Shown: piece by piece, positions 36,407 through 45,817 of the stretch
Numbering within the stretch: position 1 is the first letter of the stretch
How the letters are laid out: each line of letters opens with the position of its first letter
Source: Rhodospirillales bacterium
GTDB lineage: Bacteria; Pseudomonadota; Alphaproteobacteria; Rhodospirillales; UBA2165
Direction of reading: 5' to 3'
Length of the DNA stretch: 64,000 nucleotides
NCBI GenBank assembly: GCA_012960465.1
Contig: DUBF01000103.1
Span: 12,839-76,838 of the forward strand
Position numbers and translations under genes: made by a program
Notes under the pieces: generated by a model
Seen by the model: the letters and a program-made list of their open reading frames with translations, nothing else
Told to the model about the DNA's origin: nothing
The model's database searches: none

Positions 36407-36940
36407 TTAAGCAAGTTCCGGGGTTTCTTTAGAATCCCTATCGTCTGTCGGGTCTTCAGGCTCTGGACGCACGGCTACGCTCTTCCCCCATTCACTGATT
36501 AGCTCATGTTGTTGTTTGCGAAGTCGATTGATGCGACGTTGTGCTATTATGTTTAATAAAGCGCTTACCGCAGATGGAATAATGATATAAAGGATCCAAC
36601 CAAATCCGGCTGCGCCATACATTATGACTAAGTCAAAAATATTAGTAATAATTTGAATAGATTGAGAGAAACTATTTTGACCTGTCCAAAGTTTGAATAT
36701 TGATGGAAAAATTCCCGCTATATTCATGGCTCCAACACATAGAGTTGCGTATTTACCCGATGATCTATCAATAACAAAAGCGACCATAGTAGGTAGCATT
36801 CCAACAAGGAGTAAAATAATAGATTCTGGGAATTTAAGCACGGTAATTGATAGTAATACCACCCAGAGTAAAGGTTTTAATGCACTATCACCACTTTTAC
36901 TAATTTTAACATTTTCCTCAATTTCTTTATTTTCTGCCAT
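36407..36940 (-). CDS. Hypothetical 4-TM membrane protein, located 34 nt downstream of the pseudokinase gene
   Basis: 177 aa with four hydrophobic helices and a basic, then acidic, cytoplasmic tail (AQRRINRLRKQQHELISEW...PEPEDPTDDRD). Confidence 0.55.
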   Translation of the reverse strand: MAENKEIEENVKISKSGDSALKPLLWVVLLSITVLKFPESIILLLVGMLPTMVAFVIDRSSGKYATLCVGAMNIAGIFPSIFKLWTGQNSFSQSIQIITNIFDLVIMYGAAGFGWILYIIIPSAVSALLNIIAQRRINRLRKQQHELISEWGKSVAVRPEPEDPTDDRDSKETPELA

Positions 36941-36974
36941 TTATTTTTAATTCCCAACCCGTTTAGCTCCCGGT

Positions 36975-39197
36975 TTATGTAACTATCATAATAATTATAA
37001 GTAAAATCATAATTAAGCCGGATATAATTGCAGCAGCCTGTTTGCTAGTTCGATCACCCGATTCAGATTCTGGTCCTGTATTTCCTTTGATTTTCTCTAT
37101 TTCATCTGCAGTTTCTCCAAATTCATCTACTGCAGTTAAGTAATTTTCTTCGTCTTTTTCTTTTTCAAGTGGATTATCTAATAACGATAAAAGTTCTGAT
37201 AAACTGCCACTACGAACAATTTTTGGAACAGCAGCTTCAACTTCTTTTCGTTTTTCACGGCTATGGTAGAGTTTGATCACTGGTCCCATTAGCCCACCGA
37301 CCCATTTTGCGAGACCCAGAAGTGTTCCTGTATTCATTGTTTTTTGCAAATCAACTAGAAGTTTTAACATGCTTAGTGTTTTGATGGTATCATCAAGGTC
37401 GCCGAGTTTAGACAACGGCTCATCCATGTCCGCTTTGCTGCGTGCAGCTATAAAAGCTGCAATATGGCGGTCAATAGGACTGTTCTTTGTATCTACTGTT
37501 TTCTCTGCTGCATTAAGAGATTGCAGTAAAAAATCAATAGAAAAAATATTTTCTTTCACGATAATTGGGCTTTGGCATGCAAATCCTGTGTTGGACTCAT
37601 ATAGACACCGCTCAATCCCAAAACCCGGCCCAGCTTTTTGCAGATAACCGATCATCTTAGAATAAAATTCTATTTCAGTATATTGGTAAGGATTTGTTCC
37701 ATCTGAAGTGGTATACCAAATATCAGGTATTCCATTAATAATAGATTCTGTATAGATTTCGGCGTTACCTCCGCGTAACATCTCTGTTGCCATAGCAGAT
37801 CCAAATCCATCGGGCATATAGCTGATATCTTTGTACGTAATAGGTGCTTTTGGGTCTATTAACATTAAGACCCGTGACAATAGAAGTTCGTCGGCGTGGG
37901 GCATAGTTTCTGCAAGGGCTGCAAAATTTTCTTTGGCAACCGCGATAGGGTTTATTAGTTCTTCGTCTTTAAAATTCTTAGCAATCCAATTCTCGATTGA
38001 CCCGTCTTTGATAACTTCAAGCGCACTCTCTCTTCGCGTTGACATTGAATAGGCCAGTGTTTTCAGATTTCTGTGATCAACTTCTCCGAACCTGAAAGCT
38101 CGTCGAGATTTCTTCGGAACAACGTTTTTACTCAGTTTAACGGGTTGGTTTCGTAACCAAGTATCTAATTCCTTAAAACCCCAGCGTTCTATTACATCAT
38201 CTTGTAACATTCCTCGAATTACTCCCGAAAGGTCCCTAGTTAGTAATTTTTTCCCAACAAGAGCCTGATAACTATTCAAAGTTATTTTAGAGAAAATAAT
38301 TTGTTCATTGGATTTGCCACGAAAAGGGAATTGGTTCTGAAGAAGGAAGGCTAAAGTCGCCCCTAGCGCATAAATATCATCATCTAGTGTGCCTTGCCCT
38401 CTTCCGCCTTCTCCCGCCATACTTCTTTCGATTGTTTCATATACAATGGGTTGGTCAAAACCTGGAGGCGAAGTTACAAATTCGCCAAAGACAATCTCTT
38501 CGCGATCAGCATCAGCAAAGAATATATTATCAGGCCGGATACTACGATTGGTTAATTGACGTTCCCGCAGACTGAAAAGGGAGGTAATACCAGTCTTTGC
38601 AATAAGGTTAATAGCATCTATTTTTTTTATATTTTGAGTTTGTTTTGACTGGAAAAATTTATCGATACGTTGACCTAATGGGCTCTTAAAAATTAGGACA
38701 AGGCATTTTTGCTTCAAGATGGGCCAATTTATATTGCCAAAGGAAATAAGATTGAGGTTGCCTGGCAGCACTTTACCGGAGATTTTTTCAATTTCACTTA
38801 ATCTTATAGGTAGACCAGGAATACAAATTAATCCAAATAGCTTGAGTTGAGGTTGCATTCGATCTTCAACTTTAAAAGCTCTTGCTGATGGTGAATTAAA
38901 TTCAGGTAATGGATTTCCTGGATAAATATCATAACGGTTATTTAAAGACGAAGGCGATGAATTATTGGCAGCTGTTTGTAGTTTGGGGAGCCGGGTATCC
39001 AATTGATCTGGATCGTCCGGCATTATTTTTTTGGGGTTGTCGGTATTTGTTTTGTCAGTCGGAGCTTCTTCTGATGAAGAATTCTGATGTCCTGTTTTTT
39101 GTGATTCTGGGCCTATGGTATTGTCAGACAACACGCTTGCATTAGGGTCAAGACCTGACCCCGATTTTTTTTCTAATTCTGCTGACGTATCACCCAT
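36975..39197 (-). CDS. Tail-anchored protein with a Hanks-type protein-kinase-like domain that is predicted to be catalytically dead
   Basis: 740 aa. The N-terminal 90 aa are disordered and rich in Ser/Thr/Pro/Asn. Kinase subdomain patterns are present: TNRSIRPDNIFF (vs HRDxKPxNILL), GEFVT (vs DFG), YETIER (vs APE) and DDDIYALGATLAFLLQNQFPFRG (subdomain IX). A roughly 350 aa unknown helical region follows, and the extreme C-terminus is a TM helix (AAAIISGLIMILLIIIMIVT). Confidence 0.6.
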   Translation of the reverse strand: MGDTSAELEKKSGSGLDPNASVLSDNTIGPESQKTGHQNSSSEEAPTDKTNTDNPKKIMPDDPDQLDTRLPKLQTAANNSSPSSLNNRYDIYPGNPLPEFNSPSARAFKVEDRMQPQLKLFGLICIPGLPIRLSEIEKISGKVLPGNLNLISFGNINWPILKQKCLVLIFKSPLGQRIDKFFQSKQTQNIKKIDAINLIAKTGITSLFSLRERQLTNRSIRPDNIFFADADREEIVFGEFVTSPPGFDQPIVYETIERSMAGEGGRGQGTLDDDIYALGATLAFLLQNQFPFRGKSNEQIIFSKITLNSYQALVGKKLLTRDLSGVIRGMLQDDVIERWGFKELDTWLRNQPVKLSKNVVPKKSRRAFRFGEVDHRNLKTLAYSMSTRRESALEVIKDGSIENWIAKNFKDEELINPIAVAKENFAALAETMPHADELLLSRVLMLIDPKAPITYKDISYMPDGFGSAMATEMLRGGNAEIYTESIINGIPDIWYTTSDGTNPYQYTEIEFYSKMIGYLQKAGPGFGIERCLYESNTGFACQSPIIVKENIFSIDFLLQSLNAAEKTVDTKNSPIDRHIAAFIAARSKADMDEPLSKLGDLDDTIKTLSMLKLLVDLQKTMNTGTLLGLAKWVGGLMGPVIKLYHSREKRKEVEAAVPKIVRSGSLSELLSLLDNPLEKEKDEENYLTAVDEFGETADEIEKIKGNTGPESESGDRTSKQAAAIISGLIMILLIIIMIVT

Positions 39198-39395
39198 AAA
39201 TTCTGATCACTCTTCTAGCGTCAGGTTTAATCCAATTTTTCATTGCTTAGCGGGATCCATAATTACTTATATATTTATATTATAAAATAAAAAAAATCTT
39301 CATAATACTTATATATAAAATTTACACCTAAAATTCTTTTAAGCGACCGCCAACCCTTCTATACATTTTTACAGCATTAGTAAATTTAAATTATT

Positions 39396-40688
39396 TTAAT
39401 TATCAAAAGGGTCTTTTACCAAAATTGTATCATCTCGTTCTGGACTCGTCGAGAGTAAGGCTACTGGCGTTTCTATCAATTCTTCAATACGTCTTATGTA
39501 TTTAACAGCTGGTGCTGGAAGATCGGCCCAAGATCGTGCCCCATATGTGGGTTCTAACCATCCTTCAAGGCTCTCAAAAATTGGTTCTACTCTTGATTGC
39601 CCGACAATTGAGGCTGGGAAGTGGTCTATTGCTTCTCCCTCTAGTTTATAGCCAGTGCAAACTTTTAATTCAGTAAAGCCATCCAGTACATCTAGTTTTG
39701 TTAAAGCTATCCCTGTGATACCGCTGATTTTAATGGATTGTCGTACCATAACAGCATCAAACCAACCACAACGGCGTTTTCTACCAGTTACCGTGCCAAA
39801 TTCATGACCGCGTTCTCCTAATTTTTGACCAATTTCATCATTTAGTTCCGTTGGAAAAGGCCCAGATCCCACTCTTGTTGTATAAGCTTTGGTAATACCA
39901 AGGTTGAAGCTGGTTTGTTTGGCACCTTGGCCCGAACCAACTGGGGCTGCGCCTGCAACTGTATTAGAGGAGGTTACAAATGGGTAGGTTCCATGATCAA
40001 TATCGAGCATGGCCCCTTGCGCACCCTCAAAAAGGATCCGCTTTCCCTCACGTCGGGCTTCATCTAATTGAAGCCAAACAGTTTTGACAAAAGGAAGAAT
40101 TTTTGGAGCGACTTCAAGAAGTGGTTCAAGAATCTCTTTTTTGTTTATTTCCGGAAAGCTAAGTCCTCGCATTAATGCATTGTGATGCAGCAGCATATTA
40201 TCTACCCGTTCTTCTAATGTATCCTGATCTGCCAGATCGCCCGCTCTAATCGCGCGTCTGCCGACCTTATCTTCGTAAGCTGGGCCAATACCCCGGCCAG
40301 TCGTACCTATTTTCGTGTCGCCCAAAGCTTCTTCTCTAGCTTTATCCAACCTTGAATGAAGAGGTAAGATCAGTGAAACGTTTTCTGCAATTGATAAGTT
40401 AGCAGGACTGACCTCTACACCTTGACCTCTAAGGGTTTCAATTTCCTGCAATAAGGCCCATGGATCTAATACCACGCCATTACCGATGACTGATTGTTTG
40501 TCAGGACGTACAATACCTGAAGGAAGAAGGCTGAGTTTATAGGTTGTACCGTCAATAACTAATGTGTGGCCAGCATTATGCCCCCCCTGGAACCTCACTA
40601 CTACGTTGGCACGCTCAGAGAGCCAGTCAACGATTTTACCTTTTCCTTCGTCACCCCACTGGGCGCCAACGACAACGACATTCGCCAT
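39396..40688 (-). CDS. purA: Adenylosuccinate synthetase
   Basis: 430 aa with [22 protein letters not shown] and [13 protein letters not shown]. Confidence 0.95.
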   Translation of the reverse strand: MANVVVVGAQWGDEGKGKIVDWLSERANVVVRFQGGHNAGHTLVIDGTTYKLSLLPSGIVRPDKQSVIGNGVVLDPWALLQEIETLRGQGVEVSPANLSIAENVSLILPLHSRLDKAREEALGDTKIGTTGRGIGPAYEDKVGRRAIRAGDLADQDTLEERVDNMLLHHNALMRGLSFPEINKKEILEPLLEVAPKILPFVKTVWLQLDEARREGKRILFEGAQGAMLDIDHGTYPFVTSSNTVAGAAPVGSGQGAKQTSFNLGITKAYTTRVGSGPFPTELNDEIGQKLGERGHEFGTVTGRKRRCGWFDAVMVRQSIKISGITGIALTKLDVLDGFTELKVCTGYKLEGEAIDHFPASIVGQSRVEPIFESLEGWLEPTYGARSWADLPAPAVKYIRRIEELIETPVALLSTSPERDDTILVKDPFDN

Positions 40689-40702
40689 ATAATTATTTTC
40701 CT

Positions 40703-41881
40703 CTATGAATTCTCAACAGGAACGATTTTTTTGCCATTCCAAAAATGGGTACAATCAAATTTTTTAGCTTGCGCTCTATTATTTAATTTATTTTCATTAA
40801 AATGTTCAACTGTTATCCATCCGTCTTTTCGCAATTTGAGTGCAACTTCTGGTTTTGATGATGATATGAGAACACGATCCCTTTTTTTAGGCGTTGGGAG
40901 AGCACGCAAAATTGTATCTACATAAAGAGAGGCGCCGGTTGCTGTTTCAGGCACTTTATCTCTATTAACGTCATTTACTAAGTAACGCCCCCCTCGCCCA
41001 ATTTCACCTCTAACATTTAAGGCGAAGAATGTGAATGTCACACCTGTATGATATTCATAACCGCGGGTTTCGACAGGATCGATAGTTATTGTTAAATTTG
41101 GCGCTCGATCTTTTAAGCAGACAATAATATCAGAAAGTTTATTTAACTCGGCAGCGGCCTTCTTCGGTAGGTTTATTTTTTTTAAAGTCTCTAAGGCTTT
41201 ATCAACTGGACCCACAGCTTTTACTAAAGAAGAAAATATGTTGTGTGTTTTTTTGCCTAATCCTTTTTCAAGCATCTCGATAGCGGGTACATCTTTGTGA
41301 TCAAGAGCAACTAAAAGCTTGTTAACCATTGTGGTGGAGTCAATTTTAAGTGATTCCCAGATAGCGGGAATCAAAGTAGGTAAACACAGGTCAACCGATA
41401 GGTTAGCTATCCCTAGATTGGACAACGCTTCGGCTGCCATGAGTATAATTTCAGCGTCTGCTTGCGGTGAAAGAGAGCCGATTACTTCGATACCAATTTG
41501 ACCAAATTGGCGTTTAGGACGTAGATTTGATCCCTTTACACGTAGAACTTGTCCCGCATAACTCAACCGTATGGGACGTGGCATATCGCCGAGGCGCGTA
41601 GAAGCTATGCGTGCAATTTGTAATGTCATATCAGCGCGAACACCCAGCATCCGCTGGGAAATTGGGTCCATCATGCGAAACGTTTGTTTTGCCATTTTAA
41701 TGCCGCTACCACTTAATAGAATGTCTTCAAACTCTATCAGGGGTGGTTTGACGCGTTCATAGCCGTATTGGGCAAATGACGCCATCAAGATTTCCGTAAT
41801 TTGCGCCTCAAACTCTGCTTCTGGTGGCAGAATATCAGCTAGACCCGTTGGTAATAGCCCCATATGGGTATTTTCATTCAT
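40703..41881 (-). CDS. hisZ: ATP phosphoribosyltransferase regulatory subunit (HisS paralogue)
   Basis: 392 aa with a class-II aaRS-like core lacking an anticodon-binding domain ([14 protein letters not shown]...[15 protein letters not shown]). The hisZ-purA adjacency is a common arrangement. Confidence 0.8.
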   Translation of the reverse strand: MNENTHMGLLPTGLADILPPEAEFEAQITEILMASFAQYGYERVKPPLIEFEDILLSGSGIKMAKQTFRMMDPISQRMLGVRADMTLQIARIASTRLGDMPRPIRLSYAGQVLRVKGSNLRPKRQFGQIGIEVIGSLSPQADAEIILMAAEALSNLGIANLSVDLCLPTLIPAIWESLKIDSTTMVNKLLVALDHKDVPAIEMLEKGLGKKTHNIFSSLVKAVGPVDKALETLKKINLPKKAAAELNKLSDIIVCLKDRAPNLTITIDPVETRGYEYHTGVTFTFFALNVRGEIGRGGRYLVNDVNRDKVPETATGASLYVDTILRALPTPKKRDRVLISSSKPEVALKLRKDGWITVEHFNENKLNNRAQAKKFDCTHFWNGKKIVPVENS

Positions 41882-42213
41882 TCGGTACTGTCCATTTTAT
41901 ATGCGTTCTAAAAGGAGTTTTATGCCGAGTAAGTCAATTCTATCTATTTATAAAAGTTATTCTGACACGTTGCATTATAATTTACAAAATTAGCATAGGT
42001 TTTAATCAACTATTTTTCTTATCAAACCCACTAATTATTGTGTAATGAAGAATAGTTGGTAAGAAACTGTATTAGATATAAGGTTAGAGACACTAGTATT
42101 TCATTTAAAATTTGATCAAAATCTAGAACGAAAAAAAATGTTATCGATTTAGCTGAGATGGTTTCGTGATTTGTTGATTCAACAATAAAATATTGTGCAT
42201 TTTTCGACGATCA

Positions 42214-43215
42214 TTATAGGTTTCGATGAAGTGGTTGATCGGGTTGATTATGAACATCAAAATTCAAGAAACTAATAATAAGTTGACTGCCAACCAATAA
42301 TGGAAGAGCAGCTATTATAACCGTACCGGCTGTTGCGGTTATCCCGGAAATTGAACTTTTGTACCATTCGACTCCACCAAATATTGAACCAAAGGCAATA
42401 AAAATTAGGCCAGTGACTAATTCAATGGATGCAATACTAAAATCATGTAAAAAATAATTATAGACGATTCGCCGAAAAAAATTTTTAACATGCTTGGCTG
42501 AAAAAAGTAACAACACTTGAGAAATTTTTAGGTTACTTTTCTCATTGCCGTAAATAGCTTGGATTGGCACATCAACAACTACGGCTCGTGACATGTTTAG
42601 CTGGAATAACATATCAGATTCAAAAAAATAACCTTTGTGGAATTTATCCAGAGGTAGTTCTTGAGCCACTTTTCCATGTATCGCTGTAAAGCCGTTTGTT
42701 GGATCAAAAATTTTCCAGTAGCCGCTTGACATTTTAGATGCAAAAGAAAGTACTAAATTACCAATCAATCTTAGTGGGGGCATTTTAGAGAGCCCGTTGA
42801 GCCTATAAAACCGGTTACCTTTTGCATAATCGGCCTCACCTCGTTGAATAGGTTTGATTAAAGTTTTGATCATGGCAGGATCCATTTGTCCATCACCGTC
42901 TACTTTGACGATAATATCGGTGCCGAGTTCAATCGCCTTTGCGTAACCCGTGATAGTCGCGCCACCAACACCTTGATTTTCCTCGTGGGTAATTACCTGC
43001 ACACGTCTATCATTGTTATTATTACGGACAAACTCCCCTGTTTTCTCGGGGCAAGCATCATCAATAACTATTATGTGTTTAATAGTAGAATCAAATTTCT
43101 TCAGCACATCCAAAATTTGATTTTTTTCACGATAGCACGGAACTACCGCAGTAATTTGTTGGACGGCAGGGTCTATATCGTCTGAAGAAGATGCAGATGA
43201 CCGATTATTTGACAT
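42214..43215 (-). CDS. Family-2 glycosyltransferase with two C-terminal TM helices (polyprenyl-phosphate hexosyltransferase, GtrB/DPM1-like)
   Basis: 333 aa with VVPCYREKN, VIDDACPEKTG, VKVDGDGQMDP and a hydrophobic C-terminus. Confidence 0.75.
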   Translation of the reverse strand: MSNNRSSASSSDDIDPAVQQITAVVPCYREKNQILDVLKKFDSTIKHIIVIDDACPEKTGEFVRNNNNDRRVQVITHEENQGVGGATITGYAKAIELGTDIIVKVDGDGQMDPAMIKTLIKPIQRGEADYAKGNRFYRLNGLSKMPPLRLIGNLVLSFASKMSSGYWKIFDPTNGFTAIHGKVAQELPLDKFHKGYFFESDMLFQLNMSRAVVVDVPIQAIYGNEKSNLKISQVLLLFSAKHVKNFFRRIVYNYFLHDFSIASIELVTGLIFIAFGSIFGGVEWYKSSISGITATAGTVIIAALPLLVGSQLIISFLNFDVHNQPDQPLHRNL

Positions 43216-43479
43216 AATAGAAACATAATCTTGTGACTAAATTGGCGCAAGCTTATCAGCCAATTTTAATTTTACATAGTTTATTGCGATTCAGCAGAAA
43301 AGTAATATTAAAAAATATTTCTTGACAATCAATGGATCTTTTTAAATTTTTTAATATCGAAGTCAAAACCAATTCTACTTTTATTATTACAACTTTAGTT
43401 TGATGGTTAAGATAATATAATTTTTCTTGTCGATATGCCAATTAACATTAACAGTAAATATTTTTGGATTATCGGAACG

Positions 43480-43844
43480 ATGACTAAAACTATATTAATA
43501 GTGGAGGATAATGATCTAAACCTAAAATATTTTAATGACTTTTTGCAGACGCATGGATATCACACATTAAAAAATAAAATGGTATCAAAGCCGTCACGAT
43601 GGTGGAGAAATATTGTCCTGACTTAATTTTGACGGATATTAAATTACCAAATATTTCTGGATTTGAGATTGTTAGAATGATCAAATTATAAAACAAAAGG
43701 AAAGACATTTGAATTATTTCTGTTACTGCTTTGGTTATGAAAGGTGATAAGAAAAATATTATAGAATGTGGTTTTGATAGTTATATTTCTAAACCAATGT
43801 CCGTAAATCACTTAATTAAAACCATAAGGCACTTTCTTCAGTAG
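43480..43844 (+). pseudogene. Single-domain CheY/DivK-like response regulator, inactivated by one frameshift and two in-frame stops
   Basis: Frame 1 reads MTKTILIVEDNDLNLKYFNDFLQTHGYHTLKNK. After a frameshift in the A-run near 43567..43582 the reading continues GIKAVTMVEKYCPDLILTDIKLPNISGFEIVRMIKL, TAA (43689), NKRKDI, TGA (43710), IISVTALVMKGDKKNIIECGFDSYISKPMSVNHLIKTIRHFLQ. Confidence 0.8.
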
Positions 43845-43931
43845 TTTCAAGCGTCAGACGTCCTTTGAGTGTTGTAACCTGCTAAATATCCAAAAAAAGG
43901 GTAGCAAAAGCGGCCCTATCCATCTCGCTAT

Positions 43932-44099
43932 TTATTTGATCCTACCTTCTTTAAAGAGTACGTGTTTTCGCGCGACCGGATCGTATTTGCGGAATTCCAT
44001 TTTTTCCGTTTGGTTGCGCGGATTTTTTTTGGTTACGTAGTAAAACCCAGTATCAGCTGTGCTCACGAGTTTTATTAAAACTGTTGCTGACTTAGCCAT
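43932..44099 (-). CDS. rpmG: 50S ribosomal protein L33
   Basis: Manual translation gives [55 protein letters not shown] (55 aa). It is below the 60-aa ORF-track cutoff. Confidence 0.9.
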   Translation of the reverse strand: MAKSATVLIKLVSTADTGFYYVTKKNPRNQTEKMEFRKYDPVARKHVLFKEGRIK

Positions 44100-44179
44100 A
44101 TCTCAACTTTCGTTTTCTCTTATTAATAAGGTGGCGAACAATAGCGATCCGGGCGCCCCTGTCAACTATTATGGCGTCA

Positions 44180-45811
44180 CTAATTATTCACTGAAGCAAT
44201 TGACGGACTTAGAGCTTTAACCCTTTGATAAAGTGCTACATCAATTAGTAATTTCTCAGCTATTTCTATATCGATTGGACTTTTTTTGTGCGTGGTTGGA
44301 CAAATTGTTTTTAGACGATCCCTTTCTAATTTCTGGTTAATAGTTGTAGCATGCCAAGCCCTGAGTGTTTCTGTATTCCGATCTGCCTGTTTAAGTGCTT
44401 TTTGGATGTATTCCGTCGCTATTAATTTTTCTGATCCTGTCACGCAGATTGATGGAGGTACGCCCAGCTTATGGAGAAAATATCCTGACGGAGCCCGGAA
44501 ACGAGACCAAGTTACGGCCATTTCCCCATCATTTGGTAGCCTAATCACGGTTTGGATAGTTCCCTTTCCAAAAGATGTGGATCCGATCACAATAGCACGT
44601 GCGTGATCTTGCAATGCTGCTGCCACAATCTCGGCTGCGCTGGCGGACCGGCCGTTGATTAATACGACAAGAGGCAGTCCTTCTGTAAGATCTATGCCAT
44701 GAGCTTCATAGTCATTATTACTCCCAGGATGCCGTCCCCTTGTGGAAATAATTCTACCTTTAATTAAAAAAAGATTTGATACCTTCACAGCTTGTTTTAA
44801 TAATCCCCCTGGGTTACCCCTTAGATCTAATATGATACCCTTGGCTTTCTTTGTAGATTTTGCAAGGACTTCCTCTAGACCTTTAGTGAGGTCGTTGGCT
44901 AAGTGTTTGGACGTACGATCATTAAAACTGCTTATTTTAATATAAAGAACACCATTGCGTACCGAATAAGAAGTCGTCGGTACGATAATACGATCTCGCC
45001 TTATTGAAATTTTAAAGGAATGAAAATCAATTACTTTCAATGTGCTAATGGTGGGTCGTAAAATCTTTATATCGATAATCGAACCAATTTTACCACGTAA
45101 AAATTTTAAAGTCTCACTATGTTTTATGCCAGTTAAAGAACTGTTATCTATATGGGTTATGATATCTTTTGACTTTATTCCTGCGCGGAATGCTGGGGTT
45201 TCTGCAAATACTTGGGTAACAATAACACCCTGTTGAGTATGTTTAAAGCGAATGCCAATGCCACCAAATCCTGATCTTTTCTCTCTATTTTCCTGGGCGT
45301 TTTTCTCATCGGTATAGCGAGAAAAAGCATCAAGTGAGGATAAACTACCATCAAAGATCGATTCGTAAAATCGTGTCATCTTAGTTAGCTTGAAGGCATC
45401 TGACTCATTTTTACTATCACTGATTGCAGCTACTATTAATTTAGCCCAGCCGAGGGCGTCATTACTAGTTGGAGCTGTATAGATGTGTTTCTGTATTATA
45501 CTTGATTCAATGCTAACCGTCTTGTGGTTTTTATCAATTTGAATGGTGGGATCTATGGTGGCTAGGCCTCGGAGGCCTTCAATAGCAAGTTCTGCGACTG
45601 AGATATTTTCAATGTACCTCTCTGAGATTTGACGAAATCCCATTGAAAAGGTATTGACCGCGAGCCTACCCTGTATATTTTCAGGGGCTAGTACAGTTTC
45701 CTTCGTTTGCGTTGTACAGGCAGTTAAAAAAAAAATAAAAAAAATTGTACTTGTTTGTTTATACGGCCATCGACGGTTGAGTATGAAATCATAAATTTTC
45801 ATCGTTGACAT
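44180..45811 (-). CDS. S41 family C-terminal processing peptidase with a PDZ domain; probable lipoprotein
   Basis: 543 aa with a lipobox (FFLTAC), a PDZ domain (GGIGIRF...VIVTQVFAETPAFRAGIKSKDII) and the S41 core (ILDLRGNPGGLL; NGRSASAAEIVAAALQD...GSTSFGKGT). Confidence 0.85.
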   Translation of the reverse strand: MSTMKIYDFILNRRWPYKQTSTIFFIFFLTACTTQTKETVLAPENIQGRLAVNTFSMGFRQISERYIENISVAELAIEGLRGLATIDPTIQIDKNHKTVSIESSIIQKHIYTAPTSNDALGWAKLIVAAISDSKNESDAFKLTKMTRFYESIFDGSLSSLDAFSRYTDEKNAQENREKRSGFGGIGIRFKHTQQGVIVTQVFAETPAFRAGIKSKDIITHIDNSSLTGIKHSETLKFLRGKIGSIIDIKILRPTISTLKVIDFHSFKISIRRDRIIVPTTSYSVRNGVLYIKISSFNDRTSKHLANDLTKGLEEVLAKSTKKAKGIILDLRGNPGGLLKQAVKVSNLFLIKGRIISTRGRHPGSNNDYEAHGIDLTEGLPLVVLINGRSASAAEIVAAALQDHARAIVIGSTSFGKGTIQTVIRLPNDGEMAVTWSRFRAPSGYFLHKLGVPPSICVTGSEKLIATEYIQKALKQADRNTETLRAWHATTINQKLERDRLKTICPTTHKKSPIDIEIAEKLLIDVALYQRVKALSPSIASVNN

Positions 45812-45817
45812 TGTGGA

